This document shows, in pieces, positions 20,095 through 30,490 of a stretch of 64,000 nt of DNA; position 1 is the stretch's first letter, and every line of letters starts with the position of its first letter. Location of the stretch: positions 13,604-77,603 of the forward strand of contig CANIQT010000013.1 of NCBI GenBank assembly GCA_947469885.1, written 5' to 3'. The position numbers and the translations under genes were made by a program. The notes under the pieces were generated by a model, which was given only the letters and a program-made list of their open reading frames with translations, did no database searches and had not been told where the DNA came from. The stretch is from Bacteroidota bacterium. GTDB lineage: Bacteria > Bacteroidota > Bacteroidia > 2-12-FULL-35-15.

Positions 20095-20787
20095 TTAACT
20101 AAAATCGTCATTATCTGCCTGAAAGCGGAATCCTAACCTTTTGCCAGTTTTTATCTGCATTCCTTCACTTGCAGTCTGCATATCGGCAACAGATATTTCT
20201 TTAATAGAATCGAAGGGAGGTGTAAACAAATCAAAATTTAAACAATAAAGAATGGTGGACTCAAGTACTGATTTTATTGCATCTTCATCGATTACAGAGT
20301 GAATAAAATCATTGTATAAAAATCCTAATTGTCTCTTTCCTTCTACAAAATAGTGATTTTCTTTATTTACAAATATACGTCCAATAACATAACCCGAATC
20401 ATTAACTCTATTGTAAGTAAACGAATCATTCAGAAAATTATAAATATTGATAATTCCGCAAAAGGAGCGAAGATGGTCTTCTTTAACATAGGAACTCTTC
20501 CAGACATTGTGAGATTTATCAAATTCGAATATATTAGTGTGCATATTAAATATTAGCAAATCACCAGCCACTCTTAATTCGAATTCAAAAGCACCTTTTT
20601 CTTTATAATCAATAATAACACGCTTATCAATAGCTGTTGCTTCTTTTTTTAATTCAGCAGCCACTTGTTTTGCAGTCGATTTCAAAATATTAAAAGCATG
20701 GAGAGTATTTGCATATACATCCTGTTTCATACTCGATTTTTCTTTGAGGGTTCTAACAATCAACTCTCTTGGTGTTGGTTTATCCAT
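20095..20787 (-). CDS. hypothetical protein (230 aa)
   Basis: An intact ORF between tRNA-Glu and proS with no motif I can name. Confidence 0.4.
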   Translation of the reverse strand: MDKPTPRELIVRTLKEKSSMKQDVYANTLHAFNILKSTAKQVAAELKKEATAIDKRVIIDYKEKGAFEFELRVAGDLLIFNMHTNIFEFDKSHNVWKSSYVKEDHLRSFCGIINIYNFLNDSFTYNRVNDSGYVIGRIFVNKENHYFVEGKRQLGFLYNDFIHSVIDEDAIKSVLESTILYCLNFDLFTPPFDSIKEISVADMQTASEGMQIKTGKRLGFRFQADNDDFS

Positions 20788-20798
20788 TATTATTTATT

Positions 20799-22271
20799 TT
20801 AATATGCTTTTGCAAATACGACTTTTTGTGCTGAAGGCTTTCCACTGTAAATACAAGTCCCTGTTTCCAATTTATTATTTAAAGGAATGCAACGAATTGT
20901 TGCTTTTGTTTCTTCCTTAATTTTTTGTTCTGTTTCAGAAGTCCCATCCCAGTGGGCCATTACAAAACCAGGAGTTTCTTCTAATATTCTCTTAAATTCA
21001 TCATAAGTATCAGCTGAATATGTTTTGGTTTCACGCATTGCCAAAGCTTTTTGAAACAAATTATCCTGTATTTGTGCTAAGAGATGTTCAATTTTATTTT
21101 CAATATCTGCTTGTTGTAGCGTTTCTTTTTCCATCGTGTCGCGTCTTGCTACTTCCACAGTTCCGTTTACCAAGTCTCTTGCTCCAATGGCTATTCGAAC
21201 AGGAACACCTTTTAATTCGTATTCTGCAAATTTCCAACCTGGACGTTGATTATCCCTGTTATCATATTTTACAGAAATGCCTTTGGCCTCCATTGCTTTT
21301 TTCATCTTGAAAACCACTTCATTAATTTGTGCTAATTGCTCTTCTCCTTTGTATATAGGTACGATTACCACTTGAAAAGGAGCCAATTTGGGAGGCAATA
21401 CCAATCCCTTATCGTCCGAATGTGACATTATTAATGCTCCCATTAATCTTGTAGAAACACCCCAAGATGTTGCCCAAACAAAATCCTGTTTGCCCTCTTT
21501 GCTTGCAAATTTTACATCAAATGCCTTGGCGAAATTTTGTCCTAAAAAATGTGAAGTGCCTGCCTGCAATGCTTTTCCATCCTGCATCAATGCCTCTATA
21601 CAATACGTTTCTATTGCTCCTGCAAATCGTTCGTTAGCAGTTTTAATTCCTTTTATTACTGGCATTGCCATAAATTGTTCAGCAAAATCAGCATATACAT
21701 TCAACATTTGTTCTGTTTCTGCAATTGCTTCATCAGCTGTGGCATGCGCTGTATGTCCTTCCTGCCAAAGAAACTCCGTGGTTCTCAAAAACAATCTTGT
21801 TCGCATTTCCCATCTCACCACATTTGCCCATTGATTAATTAATAATGGTAAATCTCTGTACGATTGTATCCATCCTCTATAGGTATTCCATATAATTGTT
21901 TCAGAAGTTGGGCGAATGATTAATTCTTCATCCAGCTTGGCTGTTTCGTCCACAACAACACTGCCATCAGGCGCTGTTTTTAAGCGGTAATGAGTAACCA
22001 CTGCGCATTCTTTTGCAAAACCTTCGACATGACTTGCCTCTTTGCTGAAAAACGATTTTGGAATAAATAAAGGAAAGTAAGCATTTACATGCCCAGTATC
22101 TTTAAACATTTTGTCCAATGCTTGTTGCATTTTTTCCCAAATAGCATATCCATAGGGCTTAATAACCATACAACCTTTTACGGCTGAATGCTCAGCCAAA
22201 TCAGCTTTTACAACCAACTCGTTGTACCATTCCGAATAATTCTCCTCGCGGGTTGATAATTCCTTACTCAT
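20799..22271 (-). CDS. proS: proline--tRNA ligase (archaeal/eukaryotic-like class II, Bacteroidota type)
   Basis: The 490-aa product starts [49 protein letters not shown], typical of Bacteroidota ProRS. Class II motifs and a C-terminal zinc-binding-like domain are present. Confidence 0.85.
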   Translation of the reverse strand: MSKELSTREENYSEWYNELVVKADLAEHSAVKGCMVIKPYGYAIWEKMQQALDKMFKDTGHVNAYFPLFIPKSFFSKEASHVEGFAKECAVVTHYRLKTAPDGSVVVDETAKLDEELIIRPTSETIIWNTYRGWIQSYRDLPLLINQWANVVRWEMRTRLFLRTTEFLWQEGHTAHATADEAIAETEQMLNVYADFAEQFMAMPVIKGIKTANERFAGAIETYCIEALMQDGKALQAGTSHFLGQNFAKAFDVKFASKEGKQDFVWATSWGVSTRLMGALIMSHSDDKGLVLPPKLAPFQVVIVPIYKGEEQLAQINEVVFKMKKAMEAKGISVKYDNRDNQRPGWKFAEYELKGVPVRIAIGARDLVNGTVEVARRDTMEKETLQQADIENKIEHLLAQIQDNLFQKALAMRETKTYSADTYDEFKRILEETPGFVMAHWDGTSETEQKIKEETKATIRCIPLNNKLETGTCIYSGKPSAQKVVFAKAY

Positions 22272-22400
22272 AATAAATTTTTGTGGTATAGTATTTGTAT
22301 TTTTGCATAATAATAACTTTACAAAAATAGAAAATAAACCTTTTGTTTATCCATTTGTCAAAGGAATATAAAAAATAAGAATTCAAATAAATTTAATAAA

Positions 22401-23942
22401 ATGAAAACCAGATTAATTGTTTCAGTTGTTGCGTTAATTGCATTGGCATCTTGCAATTCGCCTAAAAGTGCTACTAAGAGTACTTATGATGACGACATTT
22501 ATTATACTTCAAAAGACGCTGCTGCTGACAAAGAAAAGCAAAAGCTAGAAGCAGAAAATAAAAAACTGAGAGAAGAAAACGAACGAAAATCGGCTCAGTT
22601 GGACGAATATGCCCGTAATCAAAATAAGCCAGAACAACCTGCTTTGAGTCAGAAAAAAAGCACTTATGCCAATTCCAATGATGATGATTATTATAACCCA
22701 TCACAGAGCTCTACTTCATCTACCACAGATGAAAATGGTGCTGTTGTGAATAATACCACCAACAATTATTACGAAAAACCGTTTAATTATGATGATTATT
22801 ATGACGATGAATATGCGGTACGTTTAAGACGTTTCCATAATAGTTGTGGTACTTCTTATGGATATTACGATAACTATTACACCAATTCATATTGGTATAA
22901 TAATGACCCTTATTATTATGGTTCTTCTGTTTATATGGGTTACAATTTTTGGGGACCAAGTTATGCCACTTTTGCTTATTGCCCAAGCTACAACTATTAT
23001 TCTAACATGGGTTGGGGATACGACCCTTGGTATAACCCTTACGGATATTATGCTTACAATAATTACAACCCTTACGGTGGTTATTATGGTTGCAATCCTT
23101 ATGGTTATAACCCTTACGGTTACAATCCCTATGGCTATAACTCTTATGGATACAACCCTTACGGATATGACCCTTATGGTTATAACCCATATGCGTACAA
23201 CAATAATTATTTCAACAGTTACGACAACAATAGTTATTATTATGGTCCGCGAGGTGGAAACTCTGGTGCAGGAGGTACTGGTCGTACTACAACGCAACCA
23301 ACATTAGCAAGCCGTTATATTGCTGCTGTGGAAACTGAAACTCATAAACCTTTTGAAGAAACAAAAGGAAGAACTTCTAATCCTCATTTGCTACATACCA
23401 CTGTGGCTGATTATTCAACAAAACCAGCAAGTCATTCAACTAATTACGAAAAACCGAATGGTCCGGTTAATCCTAATCATAAAGTGGATGATTCGGAAAT
23501 TCGTGATAACAATAAACCTGCTGCCAATGAAGTTAAACCGAGAGAACATGCTGAGGACTATTATCAAGGAAAACCGATACGTGTGGAGCAACCAAATAAT
23601 AACAATACCATTCATAATGATCAGGCTAAACCGAGAAATGAGGCGCCTAGAAACGAGCAACCAAGATATGAAGCACCAAGAAATGAACAGGCGCAGCCAC
23701 GTAACGAACAACCAAGGAACAACCAGTCTCAACCTAGAAATGATGTGCCCAGAAATACGGAGCAGTCAAAACCAAGAACTGAGAAACCTCGCTTTGCACA
23801 GTCTTCGCCTGTTTTTTCAGAGCCAAGAAGCAATTCTCCTTCTCTATCTCCTGCAAGCGGAAGCAATAATGGTGGCAGTGTGAGAAGCAATTCTTCAAGT
23901 GGCACTCCATCCAATAGTTCGGGTGGTGGTAGAAGAAAATAA
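22401..23942 (+). CDS. lipoprotein with coiled-coil N-region, Tyr/Asn/Pro/Gly-rich NPYGY tandem repeats and C-terminal PRNE(Q/A)P repeats
   Basis: Lipoprotein signal MKTRLIVSVVALIALASC with a lipobox Cys. The NPYGYNPYGYNPYGYNSYGYNPYGYDPYGYNPYAYNN block lies near 23030-23210. The KPRNEAPRNEQPRYEAPRNEQAQPRNEQPRNNQSQPRND block lies near 23630-23800. Antisense and other-frame track ORFs in this span are artefacts of the repeats. Confidence 0.6.
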   Translation: MKTRLIVSVVALIALASCNSPKSATKSTYDDDIYYTSKDAAADKEKQKLEAENKKLREENERKSAQLDEYARNQNKPEQPALSQKKSTYANSNDDDYYNPSQSSTSSTTDENGAVVNNTTNNYYEKPFNYDDYYDDEYAVRLRRFHNSCGTSYGYYDNYYTNSYWYNNDPYYYGSSVYMGYNFWGPSYATFAYCPSYNYYSNMGWGYDPWYNPYGYYAYNNYNPYGGYYGCNPYGYNPYGYNPYGYNSYGYNPYGYDPYGYNPYAYNNNYFNSYDNNSYYYGPRGGNSGAGGTGRTTTQPTLASRYIAAVETETHKPFEETKGRTSNPHLLHTTVADYSTKPASHSTNYEKPNGPVNPNHKVDDSEIRDNNKPAANEVKPREHAEDYYQGKPIRVEQPNNNNTIHNDQAKPRNEAPRNEQPRYEAPRNEQAQPRNEQPRNNQSQPRNDVPRNTEQSKPRTEKPRFAQSSPVFSEPRSNSPSLSPASGSNNGGSVRSNSSSGTPSNSSGGGRRK

Positions 23943-23960
23943 ATTCTAATAAATTTTTAA

Positions 23961-25430
23961 ATGAAAAAGCTGTTTATAGTTTTATTTATAGGCATTGAGG
24001 TTTTATGTTCCATTTTGGGAATGGCACAAAACGATGTGGATGCCATGCGTTATTCACAACTTACATTTGGAGGGACTGCTCGATTTGCCTCTATGGCAGG
24101 CTCTATGGGTGCATTGGGTGGCGATATTTCTACTCTAAGTTTCAACCCTGCTGGTGTTGCGGTGTTGAGAAGGTCCGAACTTTCCATCACTCCTTCGTTT
24201 TATGCTGCTGGCTCTTCGTCCACTTTTAATGGATCCAATTCGGGTGATAGTAAATTAAATGTAAACCTGGGAAACATTGGTTTAGTGGGTGCTGTAAAAC
24301 TAGACGAAGAAAAAAACGGAGGATGGCAGTTTATTAATTTTGGATTTGGTTACAACCGCACTGCTAATTTTCACAAACGAATTAATATTGTTGGCGATAA
24401 CACATCAAGCTCTTTGTTGGATAGTTATGTTACTGCTGCAAACGGGCACAGCTCTTCCGACTTCGATGTTTTTTCTACAGACCTTGCTTATCAAACTTAT
24501 TTGATAAATCCGAATTTAGCCACAGCAGACACTAATGATTTTAATCATGTAATACGACATTATGGTGAAAAACAAAAAAAAGAAATTGAATCAAAAGGCT
24601 CGATGGGTGAAATGTTTTTCAGCCTTGGTGGTAATTATAAAAACAAAGTATTTGTCGGTGCCACAGTGGGTGTGGTTCATGCCGCGTATTCGGAAGAAAG
24701 CAACTATTCGGAAGCGGACACGGAGGATACCATTCCTAATTTCAAATCGTTTACGTATTATCAAACTTTGTCGTCAAAAGGAAGTATTTATTGGAATGGA
24801 ATTAATTTTAAAGTCGGTGTGATTGTAAAACCAATTGAATGGCTTCGAGTTGGAGTTGCGGTACACGCACCTACTCACCTTAATTTTAATGACAATTACA
24901 CCAGTGCCATGCATTCGGATTTAGATAATGGGGTGGCTTATCAATCGGATACTGTGAAAGGTAAATTTAGTTATTCGATTACCACTCCATATCGTGCTAT
25001 TGGTAGTTTGGGCTTTGTGATTAAAAAAATTGGGTTGCTTAATGTGGAGTACGAATATGTGGATTATAGTTATGCTTCGCTCAATTCTCACCCCAATGTT
25101 TTTGGTGATGTAAACTCGGGCATCCGAAGCAAATATACTGCTACAGGAAATTTAAGAGTTGGTGGTGAAGTGCGACTAGACCCTGTTGCTTTCCGCATTG
25201 GATATGCGTTGTATGGCAGTCCGTTTAAAAAAGGCGACAACAAAAATGCCACTCGCAGTAGTTATACTTTTGGTGCTGGATATAGAAGAGATAAATTTTT
25301 TATTGATGGCGCTTATATTTTTTCTGCTTATTCTGAAAAAAATTATTTGTACGATTCGTCAACCTTAGAACCTGTTTCCACCGATTATAGAAGTTCAAGT
25401 TTTATGGTTACTGTTGGAGTTCGGTTTTAG
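23961..25430 (+). CDS. FadL/TodX-family outer-membrane beta-barrel transporter-like protein
   Basis: After the signal peptide the N-terminal pattern reads AMRYSQLTFGGTARFASMAGSMGALGGDISTLSFNPAGVA, which parallels the E. coli FadL mature N-terminus (GRAYSGEGAIADDAG...NPA). It is Tyr/Gly-rich with a barrel-like alternation and a C-terminal aromatic residue. Confidence 0.5.
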   Translation: MKKLFIVLFIGIEVLCSILGMAQNDVDAMRYSQLTFGGTARFASMAGSMGALGGDISTLSFNPAGVAVLRRSELSITPSFYAAGSSSTFNGSNSGDSKLNVNLGNIGLVGAVKLDEEKNGGWQFINFGFGYNRTANFHKRINIVGDNTSSSLLDSYVTAANGHSSSDFDVFSTDLAYQTYLINPNLATADTNDFNHVIRHYGEKQKKEIESKGSMGEMFFSLGGNYKNKVFVGATVGVVHAAYSEESNYSEADTEDTIPNFKSFTYYQTLSSKGSIYWNGINFKVGVIVKPIEWLRVGVAVHAPTHLNFNDNYTSAMHSDLDNGVAYQSDTVKGKFSYSITTPYRAIGSLGFVIKKIGLLNVEYEYVDYSYASLNSHPNVFGDVNSGIRSKYTATGNLRVGGEVRLDPVAFRIGYALYGSPFKKGDNKNATRSSYTFGAGYRRDKFFIDGAYIFSAYSEKNYLYDSSTLEPVSTDYRSSSFMVTVGVRF

Positions 25431-25553
25431 TTCTTTTGTCATTATTTGTTGCACAACATCCCCAGAGTGAAAAAAAATCCAGTTCTTGAAAAGGGCGGGA
25501 TTTTTTTGGTTAAGGTTTGGATATTAGAATTCAGGATTTAAAATTTGAAATTT

Positions 25554-27026
25554 TTACTCAACAACATTTAGCAATACACAAGCATCGCTTTGTTCCACTT
25601 TTACTTTTTTTAGTATCTCCATCGATTGCTCTCTTGTTGTCACATAATCAACAAAAACATAATGATAATGAAGGGGTGCATAATATATATAGGAAGAGTT
25701 TGGATACCCTTTGTTTTTAAAAGTTTCGATAAAAGCTAAAGCATAAAAGTTGTAATAAAATGTACCAATTACTACATAATATCCCACTTTAACAGGCTTT
25801 CCGTTCTGGTCTTCAAAATCTTTTTTGCTGATTACTCTTATACCATCTTTATCTTCGATACCAATTTTTAATAATTTTCCCGCACCATTTTTGCCTGTCA
25901 TGTCGGTGTTTTTCGTTTCATCAATTTTTACATTTTGGGGTTCAGGAGCTCCTTGTTTTTCCATTGCATCTACTCTTCCGTTGGTTTTTTTTAAGTCCGA
26001 TTTTATTTTTTCAATTTCCATTTTCAGACTATCTATCTTTAAATTATTTTTATTTTGCAATTGATTGTCATCGGTAACCTGCTTTTTCAAATCGGCAATA
26101 TCCGCCTGCAACTCTTCCAGCTCTTTCTTTTTCTTCGAACCGAAAGTATAACCAAGCAGCAGTTCGTGGCTAGTACCTGCATACGAATTTATATTACTTG
26201 TAATAAAATCGTAAGCATAACCGATAGTAAACGACTGATGAATTTTTACAAAAGCACTCGCGCTGATGGCGTAATTGCTTTTATAGGTAACACCAATTCC
26301 TGCTATTTTTTTCCAGTCGAATAATAAATTAATATCGTATTGAATAGGCGCACCAGGAATGTATCTTACTAATACTAAAGGAGAGCAACCGATGTTTTGC
26401 TGTTTAGAAATATCAAAATTATATTTTAATGAAGCCAAATAATGGCGCGACATTTCGTAAACCGAATGAGAATAATTATCCATATAAGTAATTTTATTTC
26501 CTAATAATTGGGGTACAGAAATTCCTACTTTTAATTTTTTCCAATTGAATAACAAGCCTGCATTTCCATCAAAAGAAGTTTTGCTTTGCGACTGACTGAA
26601 CAAAGATAAATCATTAGCATCTTTCACAATAAATTTTGAAAAATCAATTTTATTTTCAATAATGCCTAATGCTACCCCAAATGTAAGAAAGGAATTTTCG
26701 CTCGTTTTTATACGATAGGAATACGAACCGTAAGCCCCAATTCTGCTGGTAATATCGGTAATGTCATTATAAATAACTGCACCTAGTCCTGCTTTTTTAT
26801 CCTGTATAGAACCGTCAAGCGTAATCATTCGGGTAACGGGACTGCTGGGCATATCAGTCCATTGCGAGTGATTAACCAGAAACGCATTGGTATTGTTTGT
26901 ATTACCAGTGTATGCCGGATTGTAAACAAACGGAGTTTGGTAATACTGGCTGAACATCGGTATTTGCTGACTTTGAGCAATGCTTCCGATAAAAACAGAA
27001 ATGAGTATGAGTGTAATTTTTTTCAT
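25554..27026 (-). CDS. PorP/SprF-family T9SS outer-membrane protein with C-terminal coiled-coil plus SPOR-like extension
   Basis: The N-terminal QQIPMFSQYYQTPFVYNPAYTGN is the PorP/SprF signature. The barrel covers about 300 aa. It is followed by a KKKKELEELQADIADLKKQ coiled coil and a C-terminal KVGYYVVIGTFYYNFYALAFIETFKNKGY... segment resembling a SPOR peptidoglycan-binding fold. Confidence 0.7.
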   Translation of the reverse strand: MKKITLILISVFIGSIAQSQQIPMFSQYYQTPFVYNPAYTGNTNNTNAFLVNHSQWTDMPSSPVTRMITLDGSIQDKKAGLGAVIYNDITDITSRIGAYGSYSYRIKTSENSFLTFGVALGIIENKIDFSKFIVKDANDLSLFSQSQSKTSFDGNAGLLFNWKKLKVGISVPQLLGNKITYMDNYSHSVYEMSRHYLASLKYNFDISKQQNIGCSPLVLVRYIPGAPIQYDINLLFDWKKIAGIGVTYKSNYAISASAFVKIHQSFTIGYAYDFITSNINSYAGTSHELLLGYTFGSKKKKELEELQADIADLKKQVTDDNQLQNKNNLKIDSLKMEIEKIKSDLKKTNGRVDAMEKQGAPEPQNVKIDETKNTDMTGKNGAGKLLKIGIEDKDGIRVISKKDFEDQNGKPVKVGYYVVIGTFYYNFYALAFIETFKNKGYPNSSYIYYAPLHYHYVFVDYVTTREQSMEILKKVKVEQSDACVLLNVVE

Positions 27027-27068
27027 TTGACTTTTGTTTATCTGATAAATAAAATTTGTTTTTAATTG

Positions 27069-29123
27069 TTAATTCCCTCCACTGATAATGGTAACTCCTC
27101 CCTTAAATATTTTTTCAGAGCCTGTAAATTTTAATACATAATAATAGGTGCCATCGGGCAACAATTCTCCGTTATAAGTTCCTCCCCAATCATTTTTGTA
27201 AGGCGAAGCGGTATATACTTCCTGTCCGTACCTGTTGAAAACAGCAAGTGAATTATCAGGATAGTTTTCAATATTCTGTATGTTCCATAAATCGTTCAAG
27301 CCATCGCCATTTGGCGTTAAAGCATTTGATGCGTTGAATAAATAATCATTCCGCACTTTGATTAAAAGCGAACTACTATTGCTGCAACCGTTGTCATCAG
27401 TCACAGTCAGCAAATAAGTTGTTGTAACAAGTGGTTCTGCAATGGGATTATAAATATTCGAATTACTTAATCCTGTGGCGGGCAACCACGAAAAAATAAC
27501 ACCTTGTTGTGCGTTCAATGTATATGAAAATCCAAGACTGATAATTGTATCATTGCCCGGATAAGCCACAGGCAATGGAAATACTTCCACTACAATAGAA
27601 TCTGAATTGACACAACTGGTAGTTGGATTAGTTACAGTTAGATGATATGTTCCGGAAGTACTTACCACAATGCTTTGTGTGGTATCGCTTGTGCTCCATG
27701 AATAGGTTAATCCGTTCTCGCCAGACAAAGTAACATTCCCTCCAAAGCAAAAGGAGGTTGGTCCGGAAGGTGTAATGGTTGGGTTGGGCAGTGGATTCAC
27801 AATCGCATTGTTTGTAATTGTACTTACACATCCCATGTCGGATATTACTTTTAAAGTAGTTGGATAAGTTCCGGCAAGAGCATACAAATGAATCGGATTT
27901 GTTGCAACAGATGAAGTGCTGTCGCCAAAATTCCAGATTATAAATTGCAATAACCCTGTGCTTACTGTTGAACTATTAACGAACACCGATGTTTGCCCGA
28001 TACATACATCAGCAACACTGAAACCGGCTACAGGTGTTGGATTTACAGTAATAACTGTAATTGAAGAAGTATCGGTAGAACACACTCCGCTTTGTACAAT
28101 CGCACTATATGAAGTAGTTGAATCTAAGTTTGAATAAACTAATGAAGTAGTTGTGTCTACAATGTTCACCCAGGTTATTCCACCGTCAGTAGAAGAAGCC
28201 CAGTTTAATATATTTCCTGTAAATCCGCTGAGAGTAATTGTTCCACCATTTGCACCGCTGCATACTGTGGCTGCACCGGCTGTAGTTCCACCGTTAGATG
28301 GAGGGCTCACAGTAACAATTGCCGTGTCAGAAAATGTGGAGGCACAAACCCCGTTTTGTATAACTGCACGAAATGCAGTAGTAATTACAAGGTTGTTATA
28401 AGTTTGTGTGTTTTGAGTATTCCCTATTGAATACCATGTAAAACCACCATCAGAAGATGATTCCCAACTAATGATGCTTCCGGTGTTTCCTGAAAGTGTA
28501 TGTGTTCCTGTATTTGCACCCGAACAAACTGTTGTACTTCCTGAAATGTTCCCTCCAACAGAATTAGGAGTTACTAAAATAGTTGCTATAGAAGAGGTAT
28601 CACTTCCGCAAACACCATTCTGAACAATAGCAGCATATTCTCTTGTTGCATTTAGGTTCGTATAATTTTGAGTTGCACTTGTGTTGGGAATGTTTGTCCA
28701 GGTTGCACCCCCGTTAGTAGAAAACATCCAGTTTAAAACAGCTCCCGAATACCCAACTAACGAAAGTGTTCCCGAATTAACACCATGGCAAACAGTAGCA
28801 CTTCCGTCAATAATGCCGTAAGGATTTGGCGGTTCCGATACAATGACTGATTCCACCAGAGGAGTGCAGGGCGTTGCATCGTTGATAGTCAAGGTATAAG
28901 TAATCCAAGCCGATAGCCCAACAGCTGTTTGTGTTGTTTGTCCTCCTGGCATCCATAAAAATGTATAAGGTAGCGTTCCTCCCGAAGGGTTGGCAGTTGC
29001 TGTTCCGTCATTTCCACCAAAGCAGGTTACATTGGTAATGCTGGTAGTATTAATAATTGGGCATTGTCCGATACATGCTCCAGTGTATACCAGCAAACAA
29101 ACAATTGATAGGGATATTTTCAT
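27069..29123 (-). CDS. T9SS type-B C-terminal-domain adhesin-like protein (SprB-like cargo) with four Ig/PKD-like ~85-aa repeats
   Basis: The C-terminus LTPNGDGLNDLWNIQNIENYPDNSLAVFNRYGQEVYTASPYKNDWGGTYNGELLPDGTYYYVLKF is the gliding-motility-associated type-B CTD. It lies immediately upstream of a porP/sprF-like gene, the usual cognate pairing. Confidence 0.7.
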   Translation of the reverse strand: MKISLSIVCLLVYTGACIGQCPIINTTSITNVTCFGGNDGTATANPSGGTLPYTFLWMPGGQTTQTAVGLSAWITYTLTINDATPCTPLVESVIVSEPPNPYGIIDGSATVCHGVNSGTLSLVGYSGAVLNWMFSTNGGATWTNIPNTSATQNYTNLNATREYAAIVQNGVCGSDTSSIATILVTPNSVGGNISGSTTVCSGANTGTHTLSGNTGSIISWESSSDGGFTWYSIGNTQNTQTYNNLVITTAFRAVIQNGVCASTFSDTAIVTVSPPSNGGTTAGAATVCSGANGGTITLSGFTGNILNWASSTDGGITWVNIVDTTTSLVYSNLDSTTSYSAIVQSGVCSTDTSSITVITVNPTPVAGFSVADVCIGQTSVFVNSSTVSTGLLQFIIWNFGDSTSSVATNPIHLYALAGTYPTTLKVISDMGCVSTITNNAIVNPLPNPTITPSGPTSFCFGGNVTLSGENGLTYSWSTSDTTQSIVVSTSGTYHLTVTNPTTSCVNSDSIVVEVFPLPVAYPGNDTIISLGFSYTLNAQQGVIFSWLPATGLSNSNIYNPIAEPLVTTTYLLTVTDDNGCSNSSSLLIKVRNDYLFNASNALTPNGDGLNDLWNIQNIENYPDNSLAVFNRYGQEVYTASPYKNDWGGTYNGELLPDGTYYYVLKFTGSEKIFKGGVTIISGGN

Positions 29124-29294
29124 GTGATATAGTATTTTTTCTTAATTCTAAAAACACCAAACACTATAAATTTGTCCAATTCTTAATGTTCAATATTTTC
29201 TTTACAATCTTTAGAGTAAAATTAAGGTAAGTTATGAAGGGAAAAATGTTGTTTTAATAAAATTATGAACTATGATTTGTTCATAGCCATTATT

Positions 29295-29837
29295 TTATTT
29301 TCTAAGGGATGTTGTAAAATTATTTATTGCCTCCACACAATTGTTTAATCGCTCTTCTCCTACTCCATTCACAATAAAATACTTTCCATTTATATTGTTT
29401 ATTTCCTTTAAATACCAATCAAAAAAGAAATCTCTGCGGTGCGGATTTTCTCTCAAAACATCTTTCACAAAAGGCAAATCGGGGCAGGTTAATAAATACA
29501 AGTCGTATTTATTTTTAACCAAATTATCAGAAATAAATTCAGGGTAAACATTAAATACATCCAAACACCATACTTTAGAAATGATTAATTCCGTATCAGC
29601 AAAAATAAATTTATTTGCGTTTTTTATCAATTCGTTTTCTTGTTTCAACTGTTCTTTCGCAATCAAAATAATATCATCTAAATTATATTTTCTGTTGATG
29701 GAAGATAAATAGTTGCGAGAATATTCAGGAACCCAAACAGTGTTAAAGTGTTTTGCGAGTGCTTCTGAAAGTGCACTTTTTGCAGTACTTTCAGGACCAA
29801 TGAGTGCAATACGGATTATGCTATTTTTTTCTTCCAT
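29295..29837 (-). CDS. NadR-like ribosylnicotinamide kinase (AAA_28 P-loop kinase)
   Basis: P-loop IALIGPESTAKSALSEALA. The 180-aa size fits, and the start overlaps pnuC by 22 nt. Confidence 0.55.
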   Translation of the reverse strand: MEEKNSIIRIALIGPESTAKSALSEALAKHFNTVWVPEYSRNYLSSINRKYNLDDIILIAKEQLKQENELIKNANKFIFADTELIISKVWCLDVFNVYPEFISDNLVKNKYDLYLLTCPDLPFVKDVLRENPHRRDFFFDWYLKEINNINGKYFIVNGVGEERLNNCVEAINNFTTSLRK

Positions 29838-30418
29838 TGTATATATCCAACTACTGCAAGAAGGGTGTAAATAAAATAAAGTAACGCAATTAAATAAAAA
29901 TCTCTAAACGAATAAAGAACAATGGCGAGTACATCAATTACAATCCAGAACAGCCAATTCTCTATTATTTTTTTTGCAGTCATCCAAGTGGCTACTAAAC
30001 TAAATGCGGTGATAAACGCATCCAAATAAGGCATTACCTGTGTTGAATAAGTATGCGCAACAAATCCAAACGGAATCCATACAAAGCAAGCGATTAAAAT
30101 CAAAAATAAATTTTTGATGAATGAAAACGAAACAATTTTTAGTTCCTTCTTTTCTTTCGAGCCATGCAACCATTGATACCAGCCATACACACCTATCAAT
30201 ACATAAAATACCGACAAGCCACTTTCCAAAAACAAATTGCCTGAAAAACAAAAATAAACGGATAAAGCAGAAGAGATGATTCCGAACAACCAACACCACA
30301 CATTTTCAATAGCCGCTAACACCACATACAGCAAAGCAGTAATAAAAATAAGCCATTCGGTAAAAGATGTTTGATAAAAAGTGGAGAGGAGAGAATCTGA
30401 AAATGAAGATAAGAACAT
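29816..30418 (-). CDS. pnuC: nicotinamide riboside transporter PnuC
   Basis: A 200-aa protein with seven hydrophobic helices and PnuC-like WxxxG/YxWY motifs (GVYGWYQWLHG). Confidence 0.7.
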   Translation of the reverse strand: MFLSSFSDSLLSTFYQTSFTEWLIFITALLYVVLAAIENVWCWLFGIISSALSVYFCFSGNLFLESGLSVFYVLIGVYGWYQWLHGSKEKKELKIVSFSFIKNLFLILIACFVWIPFGFVAHTYSTQVMPYLDAFITAFSLVATWMTAKKIIENWLFWIVIDVLAIVLYSFRDFYLIALLYFIYTLLAVVGYIQWKKKIA

Positions 30419-30490
30419 TTTAATAAATACAATGTAGATAAATTTTACTCCTGTCAGGGTTTAGAACCCCGACAGGAGTAGGAAAGAAAA

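Noticed and set aside
21388-21834. 148-aa plus-strand ORF
   Set aside because: It is antisense inside proS.
22474-23914. Cluster of track ORFs in alternative frames and on the minus strand (22474..22704, 22783..22986, 22846..23307, 22887..23297, 23002..23190, 23320..23883, 23436..23732, 23729..23914)
   Set aside because: All lie inside the 22401..23942 lipoprotein gene. They are produced by its low-complexity NPYGY and PRNE repeat DNA and have homopolymeric or odd compositions with no independent signals.
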